Of a stretch of 64,000 bases of DNA, positions 27,074 through 36,957 are shown piece by piece; within the stretch, counting starts at the first letter, position 1; every line of letters begins with the position of its first letter. Location: positions 5,354 through 69,353 of the forward strand of contig JAEEKG010000075.1 in the NCBI GenBank assembly GCA_016282315.1. Reading direction: 5' to 3'. This stretch comes from Clostridiales bacterium (GTDB lineage Bacteria; Bacillota; Clostridia; Oscillospirales; CAG-272). Under the pieces are notes generated by a model. That model saw only the letters and a list, made by a program, of their open reading frames with translations. It did not search any database and was not told the origin of the DNA. The position numbers and the translations under genes were made by a program.

Positions 27074-29581
27074 TCAATCTCCTTCGAGTATTACCAAATT
27101 ATGATTAATGCATTTCTTTTCAAAAATTAGCTTGTTACATTTTTGAACAAAATCCATCCTATGTCCATCAGCTTTAACTTCTTTTACTTTCCCTATATAG
27201 TCCAGTTCTATTGAAGAGATAGTCAAAGTTCCTTCTTTAATTGACAGTGTTGTTGTCTTATCTGTTTTTTCATACATGCCATAGCAATCACAAACACTGA
27301 ATATGCATTTGAAATCGCCCTCGATGATCGGTGCAAAACCAATACTTTTATTTGGCATATCAAATTTGAAACCCGAAATAATGGGAATCAGTGCAAAGCT
27401 GGCCATGCTTCTGGCGTAATTGCCTCCGCACTCAAGTTCATTCCATGGATTTCTCTTCTTTCCGTCATATCTGTTACGCACTGCCTTTACAACACGGATG
27501 CCTTCATCATACATTCCTTCAGATATAAGCAATCCTGCAAACGAATATTCAAATCCCGTCATGCATTCTGAGTTGTACTGAACCGGAATGATTGGCCTGA
27601 TTCTTCCGTTTGGATAAGAGCAAATGATGGTTCCGGATTCACCATTTAAAGCATATATTCTCCAGATGTTTGCAAAACTCCTCAGATTGTCCTTGAAGTT
27701 ATTCTTGAATAGGTTTCTGAGCGCTATTTTCTTTTGGTCAGCATCAAAAACATTTCCCAGTCCCAATATGTTTGAATGCCATTGAGCCAGCATTTGGTCT
27801 ATTTCGCATCCTTCTCCTATTTGGAATTTCAGTTCTTGCTTTTCATCAAACCAATAGCTCTCACAATCAAACCTGTCTATGTATTCTCTGTTGTGCAAAT
27901 CAATCTTCTGAATAAAATACTCGCCGTTGAACAGATTATTTTTCATGTAATTGTAGCCGTTATTGAACAAGTCCGAGTATTCTTTTGCCGTATCCGGCTC
28001 ACCGAAAAACACTGCCATTTCTTCTCCTGCTTTCAGTGCGAGCAGATATATGCCTTCAAGCCAGGAAGATGGTCCGAACAAATCCGTATCCAATGTGTGG
28101 TGCATCTGACCTTCGAGTACTCCGTCTTTGTCTCTGTCCCACATGCCATAATTCTCTACGCTCCAGGCATAAGATATAATCTTTTTAATCGTACTCCAGT
28201 ATTTTCCGAGCCACTCGTTGTCGCCCGAAATTTTCCATTCCCTGTACGCCTTGACCACGGAAAGCATTTGTCCATCAAGGCAATGAGGTCTTCTCAATTC
28301 TTTTCTTCCCAAGGGAAGTTTGGTCCTGAAATTCATTCTTCCCGTTTCTGCAGTATCGTATTCAAATTCGGTTTCTCTTATCGACCTTTCAAGGTCAGGA
28401 AACAGAAAACACAATGCATATGCATAACTCCACACGTGAGTACATGTTCCTTCGCAGGATCCAGCATGTTCGTGTGTGCCTTCAAATCCATATAAAGCAC
28501 CGTTTTCCAGTCTCATTACCGTCGACGACTTTAACACGGAGATTGTTGAAGAAACAGCATCTATTATAGCCGGATCAAGTGTGGAAGAAAAAAGTGTGTC
28601 TTTGAACGCTTTCGTTCTTTTAAACAGCTTGTAATAATTATCAAGCGAATACAGACAAGACTGAACAGAATCGGAAAACAAAGTGGCATAGTAGTTTTTC
28701 CATGTGATGTCATTACCATTTTCATCTTTGTACTCATCCCAATAGTTATAACAATTGGGAATATTCCAGGACAATACGAACTTGACGCTCTCGTTTGGCT
28801 TAATATCTGTCATTAATGTACAGATGTCATTTTTGCCGGGAGTGTCATATTTTCTTTTTGTCAATCTGTTTTCTTCCAATTCTCTCCAAAAAACAGTTAT
28901 ATTGTCTCTTCCCGGGCCTCTGTACCAATATTCCAGAGCCATCCCGTCTTTTTTATTCATGGCAATACAAAGATCACCATATTCTTTGTCTGATTTATCT
29001 GCTATGGCATTACACAGCATTATACCTGTATATTTTTTGCTTTCTATCTGATGGTTTTCAGATTGTGCAAACGGATTTCTCAAAGAGAAAAGAATCGAGT
29101 ATTTTATATTTTTGTTTCCGCGCTTGATTTTCACTTCAAAAAAAGCTGCTGGTATACTGGAATTGTCCGAATCATGAGGGATAAATGGGTTCCATGCAAC
29201 GAGTTCAACTTTACCGGGAAAATCTTCATCACTGAACACAAGTTTTGCAATTGGGAAAGTACCTTCAAAAGCCACATTTTTAAAATGCGGTACACCGCTC
29301 ATTGTGGAGGATTCTATACCATATCCAAACCCATTCCTGCCAGTATATCTGCCGGACAATTCGTTTGTCTTGTCTCCCTGTAACGCCTTTATGATCATCT
29401 TACCATCCGGGTACTCGGCTACAACTGCCAGAAAAGAATAGGGATTAATACTACCCTTGTTCGGTCTGTTGAATATTTCCCAATCCATAAGCATTCCGTT
29501 GCCGGATAATCCTATGCTTCCTGATCCGATTCCGCCCAGAGGGAAAGATATTTCATTTAAATATTCGCCCTTGTATATCAT
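27074..29581 (-). CDS. GH116 family beta-glucosidase/glucosylceramidase (GBA2-type)
   Basis: N-terminus FPLGGIGSGSIGLSGNGMLMDWEIFNRPNKGS is typical of the GBA2-type N-terminal domain. 835 aa with a large (alpha/alpha)6-type C-terminal half. Confidence 0.75.
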   Translation of the reverse strand: MIYKGEYLNEISFPLGGIGSGSIGLSGNGMLMDWEIFNRPNKGSINPYSFLAVVAEYPDGKMIIKALQGDKTNELSGRYTGRNGFGYGIESSTMSGVPHFKNVAFEGTFPIAKLVFSDEDFPGKVELVAWNPFIPHDSDNSSIPAAFFEVKIKRGNKNIKYSILFSLRNPFAQSENHQIESKKYTGIMLCNAIADKSDKEYGDLCIAMNKKDGMALEYWYRGPGRDNITVFWRELEENRLTKRKYDTPGKNDICTLMTDIKPNESVKFVLSWNIPNCYNYWDEYKDENGNDITWKNYYATLFSDSVQSCLYSLDNYYKLFKRTKAFKDTLFSSTLDPAIIDAVSSTISVLKSSTVMRLENGALYGFEGTHEHAGSCEGTCTHVWSYAYALCFLFPDLERSIRETEFEYDTAETGRMNFRTKLPLGRKELRRPHCLDGQMLSVVKAYREWKISGDNEWLGKYWSTIKKIISYAWSVENYGMWDRDKDGVLEGQMHHTLDTDLFGPSSWLEGIYLLALKAGEEMAVFFGEPDTAKEYSDLFNNGYNYMKNNLFNGEYFIQKIDLHNREYIDRFDCESYWFDEKQELKFQIGEGCEIDQMLAQWHSNILGLGNVFDADQKKIALRNLFKNNFKDNLRSFANIWRIYALNGESGTIICSYPNGRIRPIIPVQYNSECMTGFEYSFAGLLISEGMYDEGIRVVKAVRNRYDGKKRNPWNELECGGNYARSMASFALIPIISGFKFDMPNKSIGFAPIIEGDFKCIFSVCDCYGMYEKTDKTTTLSIKEGTLTISSIELDYIGKVKEVKADGHRMDFVQKCNKLIFEKKCINHNLVILEGD

Positions 29582-29612
29582 GCTTCTTCTACGCTTTCAA
29601 TATTGTAATAGT

Positions 29613-29640
29613 AAAAAAACAAGGAGGCTCGCGCCTCCTT
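29613..29640 (-). terminator. intrinsic terminator after the pilin-like gene
   Basis: On the minus strand: AAGGAGGC-gcga-GCCTCCTT followed by TTTTTTT. Confidence 0.75.
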
Positions 29641-29656
29641 AATCTGTAAACAATTC

Positions 29657-30256
29657 TTAACCTTCTGCAGCGCCGCTGATTGCTGTCATTATGTCACTTT
29701 CAAGCTGCTGGAGTTGTTGTGAAATATAGTTGATGTCGTCTGTTGTAGCAAGGTTTGTTGTAAATCTTATTACATATGTTTTGACAATATCTTCAACTTC
29801 TTTGATTGTCAATGTGCTTGATGATTCAGGTGTGTTGTTCTTCAAAGCTTCTTCAACTGCATTTGTTATATCAGTTCTAGTGAGAGTCTGCTGAGAAGAA
29901 ACTGCCTTAGTAACAGCATTATTTACAACCACTGTCAATTTATCAACAAGGGCATCTGTGTCGATTTCTACTGTTGTTAATGAACCTGTTCCGAATGATT
30001 CTTTAACTGCGTCAGAAACAGCCTTTGCAATTGCATCGGTATCAGGAGCACTCTTATTTGAGTTCTTAATTATATCTATCAAATCTTCATTAGATTTAAT
30101 CATTGCTTCACAAGCAGCCTGCTGCTTAGCATTAGCCTCTCTTGCTGATCTTACAACAGATACAAATGTTCCTATCATAACACCTGCAAGAATTGCAATA
30201 ACAACGACTACAATTATTAATTGAAGAAGCGTGAATCCACTTTTCTTTCCTTCCAT
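29657..30256 (-). CDS. prepilin-type N-terminal cleavage/methylation domain protein (pilin/pseudopilin-like), orphan
   Basis: MEGKKSG-FTLLQLIIVVVVIAILAG is a class III signal peptide. It has Gln where the conserved Glu+5 normally sits. The remainder is Ala/Val/Thr-rich and looks helical. Confidence 0.7.
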   Translation of the reverse strand: MEGKKSGFTLLQLIIVVVVIAILAGVMIGTFVSVVRSAREANAKQQAACEAMIKSNEDLIDIIKNSNKSAPDTDAIAKAVSDAVKESFGTGSLTTVEIDTDALVDKLTVVVNNAVTKAVSSQQTLTRTDITNAVEEALKNNTPESSSTLTIKEVEDIVKTYVIRFTTNLATTDDINYISQQLQQLESDIMTAISGAAEG

Positions 30257-30317
30257 AATAACCCTCCAGAAGAATTACTTACAAAAAATTAACAAAATGA
30301 TATACGTATACCATTAC

Positions 30318-30346
30318 ATTATAATTATATTATGATGCAAACGCAA
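30318..30346 (-). promoter_or_regulatory. candidate promoter of the pilin-like gene
   Basis: On the minus strand: TTGCGT, 17 nt, TATAAT. RBS GGAGGG lies before the ATG at 30256. Confidence 0.4.
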
Positions 30347-30380
30347 TTATGCTACATTTTGTATCATTTTCTTTTCTTTT

Positions 30381-31316
30381 TTAATAATCAGGCACAAGTT
30401 TTGTCAGCTGATATTCCCTGTCTTTAATTGTCACCATCAACTGGGTGCAATTTTTGTTTAAAACGTATTTGTACGTCTCGTTACTTCCATCAGTGAAAAC
30501 AATCATGATTTCACCCGAGTATCCTCTCCATGTTCCCGTTTTCTTTTCATCGTTTATTGTTACGCTGCAACTGAAAGTATTTGAATTAATCGTAGCGTAA
30601 TCAAAGCTCATCATCACACCGCTTTTCTGATCAACCCATACCCCTTTAAGGCGGGCATCATTGGATTTGCTTTCAGATGGATAGTTTGTCCGTGCAAAAG
30701 TGATGGTGTAATCGCTCTCGTCTTCTTTTCCGGCAAAATATGAGATACCTTCACAATTTTCGCAATACAGCTTCAGTTCTTCGCCTGTATCAGACATTGC
30801 TGGAGTATATACAACTTTGGTAACTGTTCCAAATACAATAGACATCATTTGTATCTCTATTTTTCCGTCTTCTGTTATCGTGTATCTACCGATTGTTTTG
30901 TATTCATGTTTGAATTCTTCAGAGCTTCCGCCCAAAAGAATGCCGTCAGAAAAAAGAAAGTTACTTGTTGAATAATTTGTCTTGGGACTGACATCAACTA
31001 TCTTCCACAATCCCTGAATGCTTCTGTCTATTTCCTTAACATCAATCTTTTCAGTTACTTTTTCTGTTGTTGACTCCTGAGTTGTATTTACTTCTTCAGT
31101 CTTTGTATCTTTTTCTGTCGTGGTTTCTTCTGTCGTTTCTTTAACGGTAGATGTGACAGATTCGGTTGATTCAATGCTTTCACTTGCCGAGCCTGTTGTG
31201 ACAGCACTATCCTTATTACTCTTGCATCCAAAAATCGACACGACGAGTATTATTGCTAGTAATAACGCTAAAACTTTTCTCATTTGACAATTTGCCTCTT
31301 TCTTTTTCTGACTCAA
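30381..31316 (-). CDS. lipoprotein with Thr/Glu-rich linker, function unknown (paralogue of 2767-3693)
   Basis: Lipobox IFGC. The T/E/S linker is followed by IDRSIQGLWKIVDV (compare IERRVEGVWRAVQV in the paralogue). GVW/GTW motifs are present, and it ends in VPDY (the paralogue ends in LYDY). Confidence 0.7.
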   Translation of the reverse strand: MSQKKKEANCQMRKVLALLLAIILVVSIFGCKSNKDSAVTTGSASESIESTESVTSTVKETTEETTTEKDTKTEEVNTTQESTTEKVTEKIDVKEIDRSIQGLWKIVDVSPKTNYSTSNFLFSDGILLGGSSEEFKHEYKTIGRYTITEDGKIEIQMMSIVFGTVTKVVYTPAMSDTGEELKLYCENCEGISYFAGKEDESDYTITFARTNYPSESKSNDARLKGVWVDQKSGVMMSFDYATINSNTFSCSVTINDEKKTGTWRGYSGEIMIVFTDGSNETYKYVLNKNCTQLMVTIKDREYQLTKLVPDY

Positions 31317-31457
31317 TTATACATCCAAATATAATCGTTTCCAACCCAAGTTTTCCCCGATTTTGTATTTTTACTATTGTAAATTATTCTATTTTGATAT
31401 AAAATAAGCGCGTATGGAATTAAATTCCAAAAAAACACACTTGGAGGATTTTTTATT

Positions 31458-32528
31458 ATGGCAGTTAGAGTTGCTATAAATGGATTTGGCAGAATCGGTA
31501 GACTTGCATTCCGCCAGATGTTCAATGCAGAGGGTTATGAAATCGTTGCTATCAACGACTTGACAAGCCCAAAGATGCTCGCTCATCTTCTTAAATATGA
31601 TACCGCTCAGGGCGGATATGCTGGAAAGATCGGCGAATGTCTTCATACAGTAGATTCAAAGGAACCCGTTTTTGAAGAAGACGGCAAAACAGTTAAGGTT
31701 CCTGGTTCTATTACAGTAGATGGAAAAGAAATCACAATATATGCTATGCCAAAGGCACAGGATCTCCCATGGGGCGCTCTTGATGTTGACGTAGTTCTTG
31801 AATGCACAGGTTTCTATTGCTCAAAGGCTAAATCACAGGCTCATATCGATGCAGGTGCTAAGAAAGTTGTTATCTCTGCTCCGGCAGGAAACGATCTTCC
31901 TACAATCGTTTACAGCGTAAACGAAAAGACACTTACAAAAGATGACACAATCATCTCTGCAGCTTCTTGTACAACAAACTGCCTTGCTCCAATGGCTAAG
32001 GCTCTCAATGATTATGCTCCGATTCAGAGCGGTATCATGAGCACAATTCACGCTTATACAGGCGACCAGATGATTCTTGATGGTCCTCATCGTAAAGGCG
32101 ACCTCAGAAGAGCTCGTGCAGGCGCTGCTAACATAGTTCCTAACTCAACAGGCGCTGCTAAGGCTATCGGTCTTGTAATTCCTGAACTCAACGGCAAGCT
32201 CATCGGCTCAGCTCAGCGTGTTCCGGTTCCGACAGGTTCTACAACAATTCTTACAGCAGTAGTTAAGAAAGCTGATGTTACAGTTGAAGGCATCAACGCT
32301 GCTATGAAAGCTGCTTCAAATGAATCTTACGGATACAACGAAGATCAGATCGTTTCTTCTGACGTTATCGGCATGAGATATGGTTCTCTCTTTGATGCTA
32401 CACAGACAATGGTTTCAAAGATTGCTGATGATTTGTATGAAGTTCAAGTTGTTTCATGGTATGACAATGAAAACAGCTACACAAGCCAGATGGTAAGAAC
32501 AATTAAGTACTTCGCTGAACTCAAATAA
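31458..32528 (+). CDS. gap: type I glyceraldehyde-3-phosphate dehydrogenase
   Basis: INGFGRIGR Rossmann motif and active site SCTTNCLAP. 356 aa, with an insertion of about 20 aa after the YDT motif. Confidence 0.95.
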   Translation: MAVRVAINGFGRIGRLAFRQMFNAEGYEIVAINDLTSPKMLAHLLKYDTAQGGYAGKIGECLHTVDSKEPVFEEDGKTVKVPGSITVDGKEITIYAMPKAQDLPWGALDVDVVLECTGFYCSKAKSQAHIDAGAKKVVISAPAGNDLPTIVYSVNEKTLTKDDTIISAASCTTNCLAPMAKALNDYAPIQSGIMSTIHAYTGDQMILDGPHRKGDLRRARAGAANIVPNSTGAAKAIGLVIPELNGKLIGSAQRVPVPTGSTTILTAVVKKADVTVEGINAAMKAASNESYGYNEDQIVSSDVIGMRYGSLFDATQTMVSKIADDLYEVQVVSWYDNENSYTSQMVRTIKYFAELK

Positions 32529-32548
32529 TCATAAAGATTGAAAAATAA

Positions 32549-32579
32549 ATATGGCAGGCTTTTGTCTGCCATATTTTTT
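32549..32579 (+). terminator. intrinsic terminator after gap
   Basis: ATATGGCAG-gcttttgt-CTGCCATAT followed by TTTTT. Confidence 0.75.
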
Positions 32580-32589
32580 GGAGATATAT

Positions 32590-34692
32590 ATGCAAAAATA
32601 CAATTTCAAAAAAGCGGTCCCTGTTTGGGCAAAAAACAGAGAAAAAGAACTTAACCTCTGGTTAGACTTCACAACAGTTGTTCCAAAGACTCAGGATTGT
32701 GTGCTGTGCGTAACAGGAAGCACAAACTATGTTGTCAGAGTCAATGGTGAGTTTTTTGCGTTCGGCCCCGCAAGATGCGGAAAGGGCTATTACAGAGTTG
32801 ATGAACTGGATTTGTCAAAAGTCATGACAGAACAGCTCAATACCATCTCTATAAGAGTTGCCGGCTACTATTTCCCTTCTTTTTATACTTTTGAACAAGA
32901 TTCATTTTTGTGTGCAGAAGTAGTTGAAAGAGGAAAAGTTATATCCGCAACGGGCGTAAACGGCTTTGAATGCGAACAAGTATCTGAATATGAGCAAAAA
33001 GCTCAGAAATTCAGTTATCAAAGAACTTTTGTTGAAACATACAACATCGGTGCTCCAAGTCTGCCTAAACCGGAAGTTGCAATACAGTCAAGCAAGAATT
33101 TCATATGCAGAGATTCTTATTACAACACATATTTCCCTGTTTATGCAGAAAAGGTAATAGCAAGGGGCAGCTTCCATATTGGTGACCATTCGCAAGAGTT
33201 CAAATACCCTTACTATATTCATTCTGACCAGTACAAAAACTACTTCAAAGAACCCACAACAGATGTTGCTTTATTATCAAGGAATATCGATCATGATTCT
33301 TTGGAGGAATATGACTCCAAAGTCAGCGGCACTGTAGTAAATGAGGGTGAGTATTATACATTCCAGATGCCGTATAATGTCACGGGAATAATGTCAATTA
33401 CAGTTGATTGTAAAGACGGATGTGAACTGCTCATAAGACACGATGAAATACTAAGAGACGGAACTGACAAAAACATAAACTGGAGAGTCACTACTACCCT
33501 GAAGAACAACCTGATCAGAATCAAGGAAAAAGGCACTCATCGTATAGAAACAATGGAGCCTTACACAATGAAATTTGTTGAAGTGTATGCTCTTAAAGGT
33601 AGCTTCACGCTCAAGGATTTTCACATTATCTTTTTCGGAGCAAATGAGCCCAAAGTCAGATACAACGGAAAAGATGAAAAGCTTCAGAAGATTTTCGACG
33701 CAGCAGTCATGACATTCAGAGAAAACACCTTTACTGTTTACATGGATTGTCCTGAAAGAGAGAGAGCCGGCTGGCTCTGCGACAGTTTCTTTACTTCTAG
33801 AGTTGAAAAAACTCTGTATGGAAACAGCGAAATAGAACATGTGTTCTTGGAAAATTTCCTGATGCCGGAAAAATTCGATGACATTCCGGACGGAATGATT
33901 CCTATGATTTATCCGGGAGAATCATTTTCTAAAACATTTATAAACACATGGGCAATGTGGTTTGTAATTGAGTTAAAAGAATACTACGACAGAACTCATG
34001 ACAAAGATCTTGTTGACAGAGCAAAAGGAAAAGTATACGGGCTGAAAAAATGGCTTGAACAATTCAAAAATGAATCAGGCCTTCTTGAAAAAGTAGAAGG
34101 ATGGACCTTTGTAGAGTGGTCACATTGCAACGATCTTACAATGGATGTCAACTACCCTGTCAACATGGTTTTCTCCGGAATGCTCGAAGCAATGGCGTAT
34201 CTGTATGATGACAAAGATTGCAAAAAGCAAAGCGAAGAGATCAAAAAGACAATAAATGAACAATCGCTCATAGGCGACTTTTATTGCGACAATGCCGTCC
34301 GCGATGAAAACGGAAACTTGAAGTTATCCGGAGAAATAACGGAGACTTGTCAGTATTATGCTTTCTTCTTTAACATAGCCACACCTGAAAAAAATAAGAA
34401 ATTATGGAAGACTCTTCTTGATGATTTCGGTCCTGACAGAGCTGAAAAGGGGCTGTGGAAAGAAATCTGGCCGTCTGAAGCATTCATTGGCAATTATTTA
34501 AGACTTGAGGTCTTTTTCAGAAACAAATTATACGATGTGCTTATAGACAACATTAAAGGATATTTTTACGACATGGCGCTGTCGACGGGAACCCTTTGGG
34601 AATTCATGTCTCCAAGAGCGAGTTGTTGTCATGGATTTGCTTCCCACATTCTATATTGGATGGATGGAATGGGATTAATTGAACGAATGTAA
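32590..34692 (+). CDS. GH78-like (alpha-L-rhamnosidase family) six-hairpin glycosidase, divergent
   Basis: Start moved to the ATG at 32590 (MQKYNFKKAVPVWAK), after GGAG and past the gap terminator. N-terminal pattern typical of GH78 (WLDF...VTGSTNYVVRVNGEFF). Contains MDCPERERAGWLCDS, compared with the canonical DCPQRDE(K/R)LGWTGD. Confidence 0.6.
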   Translation: MQKYNFKKAVPVWAKNREKELNLWLDFTTVVPKTQDCVLCVTGSTNYVVRVNGEFFAFGPARCGKGYYRVDELDLSKVMTEQLNTISIRVAGYYFPSFYTFEQDSFLCAEVVERGKVISATGVNGFECEQVSEYEQKAQKFSYQRTFVETYNIGAPSLPKPEVAIQSSKNFICRDSYYNTYFPVYAEKVIARGSFHIGDHSQEFKYPYYIHSDQYKNYFKEPTTDVALLSRNIDHDSLEEYDSKVSGTVVNEGEYYTFQMPYNVTGIMSITVDCKDGCELLIRHDEILRDGTDKNINWRVTTTLKNNLIRIKEKGTHRIETMEPYTMKFVEVYALKGSFTLKDFHIIFFGANEPKVRYNGKDEKLQKIFDAAVMTFRENTFTVYMDCPERERAGWLCDSFFTSRVEKTLYGNSEIEHVFLENFLMPEKFDDIPDGMIPMIYPGESFSKTFINTWAMWFVIELKEYYDRTHDKDLVDRAKGKVYGLKKWLEQFKNESGLLEKVEGWTFVEWSHCNDLTMDVNYPVNMVFSGMLEAMAYLYDDKDCKKQSEEIKKTINEQSLIGDFYCDNAVRDENGNLKLSGEITETCQYYAFFFNIATPEKNKKLWKTLLDDFGPDRAEKGLWKEIWPSEAFIGNYLRLEVFFRNKLYDVLIDNIKGYFYDMALSTGTLWEFMSPRASCCHGFASHILYWMDGMGLIERM

Positions 34693-34711
34693 AAATGTAA
34701 ATATACATTAT

Positions 34712-34745
34712 AAAGCCACAAAGATATGCATTTTTGTGGCTTTTA
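34712..34745 (+). terminator. intrinsic terminator after the GH78-like gene
   Basis: AAAGCCACAAA...TTTGTGGCTTT hairpin, T-rich 3' side. Confidence 0.6.
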
Positions 34746-34756
34746 TGCATTTTGTG

Positions 34757-34785
34757 TTGCATAAATGAATATACAGTGATACAAT
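34757..34785 (+). promoter_or_regulatory. sigma-A-like promoter of the tlyA-nadK-argR-recN operon
   Basis: TTGCAT, 17 nt, TGa-TACAAT. It lies 30 nt upstream of the ATG at 34816. Confidence 0.5.
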
Positions 34786-34815
34786 GTATATATATTTTTA
34801 AGGAAGAAGAAATCA

Positions 34816-35580
34816 ATGCGCGCCGATGTTTTTCTTTATAAAAACGGAATAGCAAAAAGCCGGACTTCGGCGCAATCTTTGATTACAGGAGGCGTCCTGT
34901 TCAGGGGAACGTTAATTGAAAAACCTTCCTTTGATTTGCCCGATGACGCAGACACATCCGACATTGAAGTGCTCAACCCTGAAAGATATGTTGGCAGGGG
35001 CGGACTCAAACTCGAAAAGGCAATCGATTCTTTCGGACTTGATGTTAATGGAATAGTTGCAATTGATTTGGGAGCCTCTACAGGCGGATTTACCGATTGT
35101 TTGCTGCAGCATGGTGCATCAAAAGTATATGCCGTAGATGTAGGCCATGACCAGCTGGACTCAAGATTGCTGCAAAACCCAAAAGTGGTTAATATGCAAG
35201 GCACGGATGCAAGAACAATTAACCCAGATATGTTCAGTGAACCCATATCTTTTATTTGTTCTGACTTGTCCTTCATATCTCAGACAAAAGTGTTCTCTGC
35301 CGTGTATGACACTCTTACAGATAACGGAATATTTGTTAGCCTCATAAAGCCTCAATTTGAAGCCGGTCACATCAACACCAAAAATGGAGTAATAAAAGAT
35401 AAGAACATTCATTACAAAGTAGTGAATGAAGTTATAGATAAAGCCCAAACATCAAAACTATTTGCTGAACAATTTACCACTTCCCCGATTAAAGGAGGAG
35501 ACGGCAACAAAGAATTTTTGGTATTGTTCAGAAAAAACGGATCAAGAAAAGTAACTGAAGCTTTCATAAAAAAACAATAA
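34816..35580 (+). CDS. tlyA: TlyA family rRNA (cytidine-2'-O)-methyltransferase
   Basis: S4-like N-terminus (MRADVFLYKNGIAKSRTSAQSLI) followed by an FtsJ-type methyltransferase domain (DLGASTGGFTD). Confidence 0.85.
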   Translation: MRADVFLYKNGIAKSRTSAQSLITGGVLFRGTLIEKPSFDLPDDADTSDIEVLNPERYVGRGGLKLEKAIDSFGLDVNGIVAIDLGASTGGFTDCLLQHGASKVYAVDVGHDQLDSRLLQNPKVVNMQGTDARTINPDMFSEPISFICSDLSFISQTKVFSAVYDTLTDNGIFVSLIKPQFEAGHINTKNGVIKDKNIHYKVVNEVIDKAQTSKLFAEQFTTSPIKGGDGNKEFLVLFRKNGSRKVTEAFIKKQ

Positions 35581-35595
35581 TTTGCGAGGAACAAA

Positions 35596-36477
35596 ATGAA
35601 CGAGAGTGAAAACGTAAAAAGAATTGCGGTCTTTCCAAATCCGGATAAAGACCCGGATTTTTCTTACACAAAGGAAGTTGTAAGAATACTCAACGGTGCA
35701 GGAATAAAAGTCTGCATTGACAGAAGGTATCATTACTCTGTAGGTGAAAAGCCGGGTATGGTTGAATACTATACCTACATTGAAGAACTCATGAGTTCAT
35801 CAGATTTTGTTGTAGTTCTCGGCGGAGACGGAACAATTCTAGATATCTGTGAACGAGCTGCACTTCACGAATTGCCTATAGTCGGAGTCAATTTGGGTCA
35901 TTTAGGTTTCTTAGCTACAGTTGAGAGCGACAACCTGGAAGAACTGGCAAAATTGGCAACGGAAGAATATTTCGTTGATGAAAGAATGATGATGGAAATT
36001 CAGATACGTGATGGCAGTATTATCCGAGAGCTTTGTGCTTTGAATGACTTGGTTGTTTCAAGCAGTGTCGGAGCAAAAATTGCAGATTTCAAAATTTGTT
36101 GTGACGGAAATACCGCTTTAAATCTTAAAGCAGATGGCATTATCATCGCTACACCAACTGGATCTACTGCTTATTCTCTGTCAGCCGGCGGACCGATAAT
36201 TGACACATCAACTGAAACATTCTGTGTCACCCCTATTTGTCCACATTCTTTTGCATCCAGACCCATTGTTTTCTCAGGCAACTCATCACTTACAATCCAA
36301 GGTGAAACACAATCAAATCAAACAGATATTTGTGTTTGTGCAGATGGAAAAGAAGTATTCAAGGTATCAAAGGATGCTATGGTTGAAGTAATTAAGAGCG
36401 ATCTTAAAACCAGACTGGTCAGAATCGGAAGCAACAGATTCTATGATATTATAAGCACAAAAATGTTCGGAAGGTAA
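35596..36477 (+). CDS. nadK: NAD(+) kinase
   Basis: GGDGT motif (VVLGGDGTIL) and NDLVV, ATPTGSTAYSLSAGGP motifs. Confidence 0.9.
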   Translation: MNESENVKRIAVFPNPDKDPDFSYTKEVVRILNGAGIKVCIDRRYHYSVGEKPGMVEYYTYIEELMSSSDFVVVLGGDGTILDICERAALHELPIVGVNLGHLGFLATVESDNLEELAKLATEEYFVDERMMMEIQIRDGSIIRELCALNDLVVSSSVGAKIADFKICCDGNTALNLKADGIIIATPTGSTAYSLSAGGPIIDTSTETFCVTPICPHSFASRPIVFSGNSSLTIQGETQSNQTDICVCADGKEVFKVSKDAMVEVIKSDLKTRLVRIGSNRFYDIISTKMFGR

Positions 36478-36486
36478 AACAAGGAA

Positions 36487-36939
36487 ATGAAAAACACTAG
36501 ACACGCAAAAATATTGGAAATAGTAAACAACGAAGATATAGATACACAGGAATTACTGTCTCAAAGACTCAGAGAGTGCGGATTTGACGTCACACAGGCA
36601 ACTGTTTCAAGAGATATTAATCAACTCGGACTTGTTAAAAAACCGGGCGGAATAAATCATTACAAATATGTTGCTCCTGAAACAAAAGAAACTGCTTTTG
36701 AAAGAAAATTCATCAACATTTTAAAAGAAACAGTAATCAGTGCAGACAATGCGGGAAATATAATCGTTATCAAAACATATCCGGGCATGGCAAATGCAGC
36801 AGCTGCTGCTATTGACCATATAGCAAACAACAGAATAGTCGGAACCATAGCAGGCGATGACAACATTTTCGCAGTTACAAAACTGTCTGAAGAAGCTTCC
36901 GTTTTTGCAGGACAAATTAACGAAACGCTAAGAAAATAA
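36487..36939 (+). CDS. argR: arginine repressor
   Basis: 150 aa. Winged-helix N-terminus (FDVTQATVSRDINQLGLVK) and a C-terminal GTIAGDDNIF oligomerisation/arginine-binding motif. Confidence 0.9.
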   Translation: MKNTRHAKILEIVNNEDIDTQELLSQRLRECGFDVTQATVSRDINQLGLVKKPGGINHYKYVAPETKETAFERKFINILKETVISADNAGNIIVIKTYPGMANAAAAAIDHIANNRIVGTIAGDDNIFAVTKLSEEASVFAGQINETLRK

Positions 36940-36957
36940 TCCATACAGAGGCACCAT

